From the NCBI RefSeq assembly GCF_018398935.1, contig NZ_CP074694.1, forward strand, positions 5,700,001 to 5,732,000: DNA of 32,000 nt. The letters are read 5' to 3'. Source of the DNA: Telmatocola sphagniphila. GTDB lineage: Bacteria > Planctomycetota > Planctomycetia > Gemmatales > Gemmataceae. A program made the translations under genes and the position numbers. Below the pieces are notes generated by a model. The model made no database searches, was not told the origin of the DNA, and saw only the letters and a list, made by a program, of their open reading frames with translations. Of this stretch, positions 15,570-25,685 are shown piece after piece. Each line of letters begins with the position of its first letter. The first letter of the stretch is position 1.

Positions 15570-17300
15570 TGCGATTCGAAGCAGCACAAGTTTTGCCGGA
15601 TTTTCTTTTTTGTCGAGTGCCCTTGCTGGTGTTCCAACTGTATTAGCTCCCCGCAGGATAAAACTCCGACTCTGTCGCTCAGTCCCGAGTTGTTCGAGTG
15701 CGGATTTAGATTACGCGGATCGTACGGCTCGATGATGATATCTCTGCCGATCTGCGGGGCGTTTCAGAACCTGCGAATACAGCCATAGTTGTACTTTCGT
15801 TATAATGTTAATAAAGACGTACAAGCTCTTCAACACCTTAGGCGAGTAGAAGGGTCGGATAAGGGGCTCCGAAACGATTCTGGTTGATTTTTTGGCTATT
15901 AGCGTTGATTTAGAAAGCGATCAGCCGTCCGATTGTACGACAAACAGTTAATTATTTAGATGAAGGTTTAAATATGTATCTGAAAGAAGTGTTGACAGAT
16001 CGTTTCCAGCGTTTTTTGTTCCTGGTTATTTTCCCGCCGCAGCTTCTGAGGAAGAGCAGCCCATCCAGGTTGCTTTCGTGTACGCTGGTGCAGAGCTTTT
16101 TGGCAGCGAGAATCCAGGTATCTTGCAATCGTCGAATCGCATCTCGGCCGAGTCCTTGTCGCACATCGGAATCTTTGACGACCAAGCGTCGAATGCGAAC
16201 GGCAGCTTCTACCTACTTGTATATCACCACGCCTCTAATAGTGCTTCCTACTTTCAACAATCGAACTAAATGATTTCGACTTTTTGTCCGCTGTGCCGTC
16301 AGGACTTTGGCGCACCATCGCTCTCCGGGAAAAGCGTCTTACAAACTACGTGCGGTTGCTTCCGCTTCGGCTTGCTCGATCCAGATAAAACTCAAATCGT
16401 CCGTTGTTATCCTTTGTGGGGCCTGAGTAGGATTTTCGAGGAGTTTTTCTAAATCGAACTCCTCCATAGCAATCCGAGCTAACTTGGATAATTTATCCGC
16501 CATCTGATTCCATACGAGCAACTCTCGTCTATCCTAGTTCCAATTCAGAATTAATTCGTTTCTGTAATATACGTCGAACAGATTCCAGATCGCCGCGTTT
16601 TTCATTCCGCCGCGATCTCGATCATTGCCGCTATCGGCGACGTTCGCACTATCCGTGAATATCTGAACTTGCAAGAGGCGGCGTACGCCAGTCTCTTCTC
16701 GTTCTCTGTCGAGACTAGCGATCAGACCTGCGGGATGGCCGGGTGCTGGAGTTGGCCGGTGATGCGGGCCTCGTTGGCGAACCGGCGGCGGCACCGAGAT
16801 TACTCTCATTCACGAGAGCTTCGAGAATATCGAAAGTCAAAAGGGCCATTGCCACGGCTGGACGGGATCGTTGCAACAGTAGGCTGCTTTGCTGGAAAAA
16901 GAATGGTCGAAACGATCGAAATAAGTCTAACGACGGCCTGATTGGGTCCTCCGGGAGTTATCTAACTCCTGGCGGACGGACGATGATCCGCAGTCTGCTC
17001 TCACGCCTTCACAACGCATCCGCTAACTTCGCTAAAGAGCTTTCAATGCGATAATATTTTTGAATTTTGCATTTTTTTGAGATTGCTTCCTTTCCAGTCG
17101 ATCATTACACTTTGAGACTCTCTCCAAACCATTAAGGCGAGCAAGTTCTGGTTCTCGCCAGCCATGGTTATTCCCGTTCCTTTTAATCGAAGATAGAACT
17201 GATAAGCGACCTTCCCTGATCGGCGATTCGGACGATAGGGATGGGAGCCCAATGCCCTGTTTTCAACCAAAGAAATCGAGTATCGAATAAAGGCGTATCC

Positions 17301-18743
17301 ATGCCAATTGCGTTTCGCTGCGAATCCTGTCAAGTCAAGTTGAAGGCGCCCGATGGGTCGTCGGGCCGGTCTATCGCCTGTCCCGGTTGTAAAACGCGGG
17401 TGACCATTCCTACACCCCCTTCGGAAGATGAAGTAGCCGCCGCATTACTGTTGGATTCGCCCATTTCTGAGGATACTCCCTCCGCCCCCGAAGTGAACAC
17501 TTCCGAACCGGATTGTTATGATTCGGATCCCTTGTCCAAGACCGAGCGGAAGAATACCCTTCTCAAGCAGTTCGAGGATCCGCCCCAGGCGAAAATTCCG
17601 GTCGGAGGCCAACTTCACGCCCCGCCTTCGAAGCCAAAAGTCTCCCCAGTGAAATCGAACGATCCGCCGGGCTGGTTTCGCCACTTGCACTGGTTGCTGA
17701 TCGCCGCGCTGATACCTTTGGCATTTTCGCTACTGCGTAAGCCATCGGAGGCGGACGAACCGATTCCCCGACTTCTAAGAACACTTGAAAATTCCAACCC
17801 TGAAGTAGAACATCGCATCACTGCGGCACTCGAAAGCAGCAATGATCCAGAGGCCGCTTTTGAACGGATTTTCGAAATATTACCCCAGCACAAATTCGAT
17901 GGGGCCTTCCTGCCTCGTAACAGCAAACTTCACTGGCTTTTCGCGGGTCTCTCCGCCACTGTCTTTTTGATATTCATTTACTCTCTGTCTCTATTCGGCA
18001 CTGCCGACCCCAAGCGATTACTTTGGATCGGGCTCTTTACCGGCACAGTTGGCGTGCTGATGTTATTTTTGTTTCAGTACATCGCCGATGCGACCTATGG
18101 GGTGACTCTGATCGGCCGTAGCGTGCTGATCATTTTCTTTTACATCGTCAAATTCATTGGGTTCTCTTATCGTGCGGCCACCGACCCGGATAACGGCTTT
18201 CTGCTCAGCTTCGTCGGCTTTACTCTTGGAGTCGGCTTTTGCGAAGAGGTGTGCAAGGCCGTTCCGCTCTTGTTTAAACATTCCCAGCAGGAAAGCCAAA
18301 GCTGGCGAAATGCGTTCCTCTGGGGGATGGCCTCGAGCGCGGGATTCGGCATCTCGGAGGCCGTGGTTTACGCGGGTGGGCAATACAACGGCATTTCCAG
18401 TTCAGGCATCTATTTGGTCCGCTTTATATCCTGCGTCGCGTTGCATGCACTTTGGACTGGTTCCGCAGCCATTACGATTCAACAGAAACCGGACTGGGTG
18501 AATACCGATGGCTGGTTCGAGTACGGGGCGAGTCTCTTCCGAATACTGGCGATACCGATCGTGTTGCATGGCCTCTACGACACGTTCCTGAAGAAAGACA
18601 TGAATGCGCTGGCTTTACTGACGGCCTTAGCCAGCTTCGGTTATCTGGCCTTCCAGTTGAGCCGCTTGCAGGGAGAGGATGACCGTAACCGAACCGATGC
18701 CATGCTTCGCGATTATCAGCGCAAGAAAAAGGCAATGGCATAG
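17301..18743 (+). CDS. PrsW-family intramembrane protease with an N-terminal zinc ribbon
   Basis: N-terminus CESCQVKLKAPDGSSGRSIACPGCKTRV (CxxC..CxxC), then an acidic/proline linker and multiple TM helices. PrsW signature residues: FCEEVCKAVPLL (EExxK), ALHALWTG, VLHGLYDTF. ATG 17301 is preferred over the ORF-track start at 17241. Confidence 0.85.
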   Translation: MPIAFRCESCQVKLKAPDGSSGRSIACPGCKTRVTIPTPPSEDEVAAALLLDSPISEDTPSAPEVNTSEPDCYDSDPLSKTERKNTLLKQFEDPPQAKIPVGGQLHAPPSKPKVSPVKSNDPPGWFRHLHWLLIAALIPLAFSLLRKPSEADEPIPRLLRTLENSNPEVEHRITAALESSNDPEAAFERIFEILPQHKFDGAFLPRNSKLHWLFAGLSATVFLIFIYSLSLFGTADPKRLLWIGLFTGTVGVLMLFLFQYIADATYGVTLIGRSVLIIFFYIVKFIGFSYRAATDPDNGFLLSFVGFTLGVGFCEEVCKAVPLLFKHSQQESQSWRNAFLWGMASSAGFGISEAVVYAGGQYNGISSSGIYLVRFISCVALHALWTGSAAITIQQKPDWVNTDGWFEYGASLFRILAIPIVLHGLYDTFLKKDMNALALLTALASFGYLAFQLSRLQGEDDRNRTDAMLRDYQRKKKAMA

Positions 18744-18774
18744 TTGGTTCTGGCGAAGAGACGAGTCCAATTAC

Positions 18775-19158
18775 TTGGGAGGGGGTCTTCATATAAACAG
18801 CATCATTCTGCCGGCCGTTCTAGTGCTGGCGGTTCAGACGATTCAATCCGAGCTCCGGCAAAAGTCGACTCGATTGGTTAAGCAGTTAGGAGTTGGTTCG
18901 TTTCGCCGGCGGGCAGCGGCCTCCAAGGAACTGATTGACCTGAGCCTAAATTCGCGGTTGGCGCTGGAGGCTGGGGCGAAGAGTAACGATCCCGAGATCA
19001 AGTAGCACTGTCTGTCTCTTCTGGTCGCAATCGAGAAGAACGTTTGGAACCGCCGCATTCGCTTATTCACAAACGATCCTTCTCATTCGCTGCCGGGCTG
19101 GAAAACGTTCAGTGAAAAATTTGGGACGGATGAGTTGACTCGCGAAAGGTCAGGCTAG
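18775..19158 (+). pseudogene. Decayed N-terminal fragment of a planctomycete-type secreted helical-repeat protein, with an in-frame TAG at 19003-19005
   Basis: LGVGSFRRRAAASKELIDLSLNSRLALEAGAKSNDPEIK[TAG]HCLSLLVAIEKNVWNRRIRLFTNDPSHSLPGWKTFSEKFGTDEL. The family-like pattern (LG..sF..R..A..eL....DPEi..+...LL..Ie......LPGW..F) continues across the stop. The frame then ends at TAG 19156-19158, much shorter than I expect for that family. Confidence 0.45.
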
Positions 19159-19780
19159 ACGAGCCGTTAATGTCAGCCTCACTCTTCGAAATTTTCTGAT
19201 CGATTAGTATATCACCGAGTATGAACTTTGCGGGAGTGACTGGGCAACCTCCGGCGAGAAACTCTTGGACTCACTTGCTCTAGAACTTGGAAGCTTCTCG
19301 ATCAGTCATTGTAATTGTCGAGAGTTGTATCGATACCTGCGATTTTATCCTACTTATCCTGCAAGTGTGGATAGACTTTCCCCACGGTTAGTAGCAATGT
19401 TGGTATCCGTTCAGTCGACGTCAGGTCTAGCTACCCGTTTAAATGGAACCAACTCTTCTCTATTCAGGCGCTTTTCACCCAGCTAGACGGCAGCAGTTCG
19501 GGCAGTTGGTCTTTCGGCGTGATGGGTACCAACTCTAAAAGTTTCACTGCTCAGCTTTTTTGGCCTTCAACCTGATGGTACACTCTTAATCTTAGAGGAC
19601 GGCCAGCTCATAGGTAAAATCCTCGCTCCAGTCCCACCACCAGAAAATGTTCTCTTCACAACCTCATTTGAAATTGCTTTCGGAAAAGAGACTTTTGCCG
19701 TTGGCGGGCCTGTTATCGATATGATCCACAACTTCTCAATTGAGGTAGAAAAGGTCGTGGATCGCTTTTCAAAGGAGCTA

Positions 19781-20257
19781 GTGTAGCGTCTCACACGGAA
19801 GGTATTTTATCCAAGGTAGCTCGAGCCCGGCGGACTTTATCCAGAATCACGTCGGCTTTGGCAGTCCACTGGAATCTTTTTCCCGCATGGTTGGGATGGT
19901 CGATGTAGTCTTCAATCGCCGCGATCAACTGCGGCACGCTTTGAAATGGGCCTCGACGCAGTCGTTTGTCCGTCAAGTCGCGAAACCGGCGTTCCACCAG
20001 ATTCATCCAGGGACTACTTATGGGGATGAAATGCATGCGGAATCGAGGATGTCGGGCGAGCCAAGGCTGCACCTTGGGATGCTTACGATCTTCGCCCGCA
20101 GGACCAGCCGAGCGGAAATACTTCGTCCCCGAGACCAAAAAGCCAACGTTTGTCGTTCCTCGTCCGACAGCGAAATTGGCAGGGCGATTTTCATGGGTTT
20201 TCTCTTCATCTATAGAATGAACTGCCAAAAAGTAACGCTATTTCTGAGACACTACAC
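19781..20257 (-). mobile_element. IS630-family internal-deletion derivative (477 bp, non-autonomous) with terminal inverted repeats and TA target duplication
   Basis: TIRs are GTGTAGCGTCTCAC (19781-) and, on the other strand, GTGTAGTGTCTCAG (-20257). Flanking TA at 19779-19780 and 20258-20259. Inside, an N-terminal HTH piece (LSDEERQTLAFWSRGRSISARLVLRAKIV) is fused out of frame to an IS630 C-terminal piece (PWLARHPRFRMHFIPISSPWMNLVERRFRDLTDKRLRRGPFQSVPQLIAAIEDYI). Confidence 0.8.
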
Positions 20258-20453
20258 TAGGGATGGCACAACCGAATCCGTTCTGCAAACGAAATGGTCA
20301 TCCCTAGAAAGAAGGAGAGTGTGGTCTTCCAAGGACGATGCTGCGTGTGGGACTTCGAGTACCTACTGCAAGTGCTGACGAGAAGTGGCACCTCGTAAGC
20401 ACTGAACATCACCGCTTAGCTCATTCCGAAGTCCTATACCATATGTTGAAGGA

Positions 20454-21878
20454 TCACTTTGATTTGGGAACTCTATTTTTGAGGAGATCTTCTTTCAAAA
20501 AGATCTGCCGATTAATTTCCGCATGCTTACTCTCGACCATGTCTTCACCGATTAGTTCGAATTGTTTTAATGCTTCGGCGTACTGACCGCAGTAGTAACT
20601 GAAAACCGCATAGCGTCCGCGATAGTAATTATCATCAGGATTAACCGCTAGATAAGCCGCGAACACTTTCGACATTTCTTGAAAGAATTTGGGATCCTTA
20701 AAGTGCTCCAATTTCGCTTCTTTTGGAAGTCGAAGCGCTTCTACGTATTTTTCGTCCAAGTATTGGACCGAGATCACATCCCGATTGTTTCCGCAATCGC
20801 GGCAGGCTTCTAGAAATTCCCAAAGGGAACCTTCGTCTCCGTACCATTTGGGACTTAGCCATTCTCTCATGATCCCAATTGAATTTCTATCATAATTCCG
20901 ATTCCCTATGCTTCGCCGAAACCAAGTCTCAATTGATTTGCGATCCCCTTTTCCGATTCCGAGCTCAACACGCATGCGTGCTTCCGCGATAATGGGACTG
21001 GGTTCCAATTTCCAGGCAGTTTCCAATAATTCTTTAGCTTGATTCAATCGCTCAGTGAATTTTTTAAGGCCTTCTTCGGTTGTTTTGTCGATCGTTCCAT
21101 AGCCTCTGGCTTCCCAAGCGTATTGGACCATCCAGCTGCCTTTGGTTCGAATCCTCTTAGTTTCGAATTTGTTGCATTTGGCTAAGGCGGCATCGACAGT
21201 TTCCCAGGCTTTTTCGGATCTATCCCCCAGGTTTTTGAAGCCGTTGATTAATTCTGAACAAGCATAGTGCCAGCGATACTCCATCAAGGGGGTGGGGGCG
21301 TCCTTCAGGCTACTTTCCACCAGAAGATCCAGGGCCTGCATAAGAATTTTCCGTATTTCCGCCTTTTCCGCCTCCTTCCAGGCCGCGGAATTCTGGGCAG
21401 GTGTGACTCCGAGAAACACTTCCATTTCCAGTTTCACGGCGGACGGGTAATAGCTCTTCGGAACATCCTTACCCACTTGCAAAAAAAGATTCAGAAGGCC
21501 TTGAGGATTTGCCAGGTTAGCTTGATCCATGCTCCGAAGAGCGGCGTATCGAACCAGAATATCCTGACATCCAGACTTCCGAGCTCGAGCGGCAGCATCC
21601 TGTGTCGCACGCGGTAGATAGGGTGTCATTTGATTGCTCAGCATATACTCCACGAAACCATCCGACACCTTTTTAACATCCCCATCCCACGACGCATTTT
21701 TGACACCTTGCTTTTCATACGGCTTCACATAACTTTCGATCAACCAGGCTCGATCCGCCTCCTCATTTTTTTTGCGCTGGGAAGCATCGAGAGGCAGCAC
21801 ATATTTTTCCCGGGCTGAAGTACCTGGCAAAATCCAGATCAGCTGAACGGTTAATCCAAACAAAAAGGAGCGAGACAT
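20454..21878 (-). CDS. Secreted all-alpha/TPR-like protein, DUF4034-like
   Basis: ATG 21878 gives the signal peptide MSRSFLFGLTVQLIWILPGTSA. The pattern YAWEARGYGTIDKTTEEGLKKFTERLNQAKELLETAWKLEPSP..WLSPKWYGDEGSLWEFLEAC matches my recollection of the DUF4034 family. The ORF-track N-terminal extension to 22124 is unlikely. Confidence 0.8.
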   Translation of the reverse strand: MSRSFLFGLTVQLIWILPGTSAREKYVLPLDASQRKKNEEADRAWLIESYVKPYEKQGVKNASWDGDVKKVSDGFVEYMLSNQMTPYLPRATQDAAARARKSGCQDILVRYAALRSMDQANLANPQGLLNLFLQVGKDVPKSYYPSAVKLEMEVFLGVTPAQNSAAWKEAEKAEIRKILMQALDLLVESSLKDAPTPLMEYRWHYACSELINGFKNLGDRSEKAWETVDAALAKCNKFETKRIRTKGSWMVQYAWEARGYGTIDKTTEEGLKKFTERLNQAKELLETAWKLEPSPIIAEARMRVELGIGKGDRKSIETWFRRSIGNRNYDRNSIGIMREWLSPKWYGDEGSLWEFLEACRDCGNNRDVISVQYLDEKYVEALRLPKEAKLEHFKDPKFFQEMSKVFAAYLAVNPDDNYYRGRYAVFSYYCGQYAEALKQFELIGEDMVESKHAEINRQIFLKEDLLKNRVPKSK

Positions 21879-22352
21879 GGGGATTCTCTGGTTTTGGCTA
21901 AAAAAAATCGTTGAAAGGTCTACTTTGCTCCAACAGTGAGTGTAAGTCAATGAAAAAGCATCGCTTGCCGAGTCTGTTTCAAAACAAGTCTTCGGCACCC
22001 TTATTAAGCCCAACCAAACAATTGGCGAAACGAAACAATCTTGGCCGGAACTGTGAGGCGACCGTTTCCCGACGCCCAATGAAAAAGTGTTTTCTGCTTT
22101 TGCCAAGGAATCTCTGTTTGCCAAACGGGCTATCGTGCCAGGAAGGAGGATTGGAAGTGCTCAGAGAGAACTCGCGGGTGGTTAAGACCTGGAGCTTGTT
22201 GGTCTTACTTTCCCTAGATTCTAACCGCTCTGCCAAGGACGTGGTCAACTCCAACCGCGTGAGTTGGCTTTAACGGTTCCAGAACTGTTTTGTGTCCAGT
22301 TATAAGGCAATAGTTTGGAAGTTGCTCTTTCGGTGTGATCGGCACACGACCC

Positions 22353-22460
22353 GAAGCAGCCGTAGACGGGAGTTCTTACGCCCGGTCAAGTCGGAATCAC
22401 GAAAAGTGGCCCTTTAGGGAATAAACCGTTATTCTGCTTGACCGGCCCGTCGGCTGCTTC
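22353..22460. other. 108-nt two-tier imperfect hairpin (possible structured RNA or protein-binding element)
   Basis: The outer arms are GAAGCAGCCGTAGACGGG (22353-22370) and CCCGTCGGCTGCTTC (22446-22460). The inner arms are GCCCGGTCAAG (22380-22390) and CTTGACCGGC (22437-22446). There is also an apical GAATAA/TTATTC mini-stem. No ORF covers it. Confidence 0.6.
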
Positions 22461-22708
22461 AAGTTGCCATCAAGAAGGCCGTGGGGGGGCGGAACCTGAA
22501 TGGAAGAAAGATTTGATCGGTTGAGCAACCAAATCGGCCAATAAAATTCCACGGTAGAATGTTCACCGGAATCGGAGCAAAGGAATAGATAGTTGGAAAA
22601 TCGCTGGATTGGAGCAAAAATTGGAAAAGGCGACAGACTTCCTCGTTAAATCGATGTCGGTGAGTTGCTCACATCGGGTGCCAGAAAAATTCTCTGCTTT
22701 CTAGCGGT

Positions 22709-22806
22709 AGGCCGCGCCGCCCCTTCAACGCTTCGCAACCCGGACCAGCTTCGCATTTCTAGGTCGCAAGAGAAATTTCGTAATCTAAGAGTTGCTAAAA
22801 AGAATC
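22709..22806. repeat. Conserved intergenic motif, copy 2 (core ACGCTTCGCAACCCGGACCAGCT plus box CTAAGAGTTGCTAAAAAGAATC)
   Basis: Core at 22728-22750 versus 138-160 (22/23 identical). Second box at 22785-22806 versus 236-257. The spacing between the two boxes differs between copies. Confidence 0.7.
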
Positions 22807-23242
22807 TTCTTTTTTTGCGGTATTCAACGAACGAACGAGGTTATTTTTTACCTCTACTCCTTCTCAGGTGGAGTGCTTCGTTGCGAATAATTCCGATTGT
22901 GCATTAATTCTCGCCTATTTTGCGATTCCTACAACGAATTTGACCAAATGACGAGGATTAAAGGTAAAAATACTCGATAACTTGGTTGATTTTCACGCAA
23001 GTACACAGTGTTGCATGAGAGCCTCTTCCCTAGCAGACTCTCAGAATGAGAAACCTTTTTGGGTAACCAACCGCAGAAGCCATTGGCGTTGTACTGATTG
23101 TGTAATTTTCCCTATATCAATTGCACTATTGGTCGGGAAGTCCAGAGGTTAGTACGAAAGCCGAAGTCTCGAGAGTGACGAAGCAGCCAAGAACGGACTT
23201 CCTGAATTTGCTACTCGGTCATTTTCGGTGTCGGACCAGAAT

Positions 23243-23479
23243 TTAAACAGCTTTCAGTCTCTCCTCTCCTCGAACTTTGTGCCAGAAGATCCAGCGATAC
23301 AGGTTGGGGGAATTGATCTCGAGTATGATGGCCAGCCTCTGAATCATTTGGACTTCCAGAACCAGTTGAACTGCCAGACGGCAACGATTGTCCTGCTCTT
23401 GGCGATTGTTGATTTTCTGGACCAGGAAAGGTGTAGTTTGTGAAGTCACGACCATGGAATGGCCACAACGAAACGGCAA
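23243..23479 (-). pseudogene. Possible decayed transposase HTH fragment (IS630-like)
   Basis: RLAVQLVLEVQMIQRLAIILEINSPNLYRWIFWHKVRGEERL follows the R..ivL...G.s...iA..L.is..tvyrW..r....G...L pattern of IS630-type N-termini. Nothing transposase-like follows it. Confidence 0.3.
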
Positions 23480-24269
23480 TTTGTCGGATTGAAAACTATC
23501 CGAAAGAATGCAATTCCTTACCGAGACTTTGCAGGTTTTTCAATGGGTATGTTAAAGTGTAGAGGAGTCGATGATTAAAAGCGAAAAAATAACAAACCAA
23601 GCCAGAGATCACTCGTGGCAAGGGATTGTTCGAGCGCTGAAGAGGTTTGCATTTAACATTTTTAAAATTGTTATTTTTATTATATCGTTGTTTAAATCAA
23701 CTGATGACAGCCACGTAGTCAGTTCTATTTGCCTAAGTAAAAAAGCATCTCCATATGTTATGGTAGTAACAAAAAGCTTAGAAATACAGTATGGATTTGC
23801 TATCGTATTAATAATTGCTGGAATATGATGCGAATTGTTGCTCTCATAAGCATTTTTGAAAACTATATAGGTGTGATAGTAATCTTCGTTAGAGTCAAGC
23901 AGTATTTTTTTAACCTTAGAAACAGAAAGCAATACCAACCAAGGGTCTGTTTTTGAAAATTCAGCTAAATATTTTAGATGTTTTGAAGTAAGGATCTCCA
24001 CAAATGAGAAATATTTCTTGATAAAAATACTTCTCGAAGAGAATCTGCTTGGGCTTGATGATATTGAAAGGTCATACCTGGTAGCGATAGTATAGGCAAG
24101 ACTCATAAATTCTAAATGACTAGGATCTAATTTGATCTCATTTTCAATCAGCCATTTAAATGCAACAATAGCAATATTCGCTGGGTTGATTTGATCTATC
24201 GGATCTAAAAAGGAATCTAAAGAAATTGAGTAATTTAAAGCAACGAGTACTCTTATCGAGGTTGTTTTC

Positions 24270-25685
24270 GGCTCTTCCGTTTTTAGGCGCAACTCTCGGC
24301 GAATCGGTCATTTTGGGATAGATTGCAATTGAGAGTACTTTTCCTGGTTCACGGAAGAGCCTATGACGACGACTACCATTGCCATAGACATGGACATCCC
24401 TGCCGGAGTGAGCGTTGGCGAATACGAACGCATCGACGGGGGCCACGCCTTTCACGTGAGTTGGCAGTTGCCCGACAATCTTTGTTGCGAGACATGCCAG
24501 CGAGAGTCTCGGCTTCAATTGGTGGAGAAGAACAAGTTTCTGAGCATCCGCGATCTGGATTTGTGGGGTAAGCCGAGCTTTTTCGTGTACCAGGAGTTGT
24601 ATCACCGCTGCCCGTCGTGCGGTCACCGTCAATCGCTGTTGCCGCCGTTCAAGCGTCGGGATGTGAAATATACGTTTCGCTTCGAGGAGCAGGTGCTGGT
24701 CAGTCTGATCGGGAGCACAGCCGAAGACGTGGCAGTGCGTTTGGGGATCGCCGCGGAGACGGTGGAACGAATCGTCAAGAACCGGATAGAGGACGCCAAG
24801 GCGAAGCAGATCGATCCGCAGCGGAAGATCGAGCGTTTGGGTCTGGATGAGATCAGCAGGGGCATAAGGGATATGCGACCATTCTCACAGACCTGACGAA
24901 TGCGGAGCGTCTGGAGATTCTCGCTTTGTCCAAGGGGCGTGACGAAGCAGCGGGGCAAGCGTGTTTGACGCGTTTGTCGGCCGAACAACGGTCGGCGGTG
25001 CGTTGGCATCATACGGACATGAGCCTGGCGTATTTGAAGGCTTGCGGCGTGCATTTACCCAACAGCCAGTCGGTAATAGATCGCTTTCACGTCGCCAAGA
25101 AATTGGGTGAGGTGGCGGACGATCTGCGAAAAAAAACTATCGAGCCTACAAGCGAAGTTTGAGCGGGGAAGCCCGCAAGAAGCTGCGTTCTCAGATGCAC
25201 GACTTCCGGCGTCGTCCCGAAGGATTTGAATCCGGAGCAGGTCCAGGCCCTCGAGGATTTGTTCGAGAAGGTGCCTCGGTTGGGAGCGATCTATAATCTG
25301 CGTTGGGAGGCGACCAAGATCTTCGATAGTGCCCCCAACCGAGCCGAAGCCTCGCGATTGCTGGAGGATTGGATCGCCCAAGCCCGTGAGACCGAGTTGG
25401 ATTGGGAACCGATCATCACCACGCTCAAGAACAACAGGGAGGGGATCTTAGCCTACTTCGAGGAACGCAAAAGCAGCGGCCCGGTGGAAGGTCTCAATAC
25501 CAAGATTCGGGTAGTGCTACGCCGAAGTTATGGAATTCAGAGTCTAACTACGCTCTGGACGAGAGTACTCCTGGACGTGAATTGGGCTGCGAAAAAATTA
25601 GGGCCGACCATTGCAGAGATTCGCAGCTTCGTCAACCAGATCCAGAAGCATTTCTCTAGATGCTACACCTAGAAACGGAAGAGCC
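24270..25685 (+). mobile_element. ISL3-family insertion sequence, copy 1 (1,416 bp, transposase degenerate)
   Basis: IRL is GGCTCTTCCGTTTTTAGGCGCAAC. IRR on the other strand is GGCTCTTCCGTTTCTAGGTGTAGC. 8-bp direct repeat TTGTTTTC at 24262-24269 and 25686-25693. Confidence 0.9.
24363..25672 (+). pseudogene. ISL3 transposase, copy 1, broken into three ORFs
   Basis: Relative to copy 2 it has a 7-nt deletion after GATGAGATCAGC (~24860), the shared A8 run (25129-25136) and an extra A in CCCGAAGGATTT (~25220). Confidence 0.85.

Noticed and set aside
15695-15754. A minus-strand peptide IGRDIIIEPYDPRNLNPHS resembling the N-terminus of dCTP deaminase/dUTPase-fold enzymes
   Set aside because: The match is ~12 residues and there is no start codon in frame. 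The downstream sequence does not continue the family pattern.
16722-16784. A minus-strand peptide RRRFANEARITGQLQHPAIPQV resembling kinase subdomains III-IV, with a possible VAMA (VAxK-like) segment upstream in another frame. This could be a shattered Ser/Thr kinase gene.
   Set aside because: Only ~20 residues match, they are flanked by stops in that frame, and the neighbouring pieces need several frameshifts. This is too little to call a feature. It is kept only as a hint that the island contains gene debris.
3492-19005. Genetic-code reassignment or pyrrolysine-type decoding of TAG, suggested by in-frame TAGs at 3492 and 19003
   Set aside because: TAG is the apparent terminator of several intact genes in the same window (13552-13554, 18741-18743, 25670-25672, 5393-5395). 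No pyl-type genes or suppressor tRNA are visible, and the affected genes sit next to IS debris. Ordinary pseudogenisation is more parsimonious.
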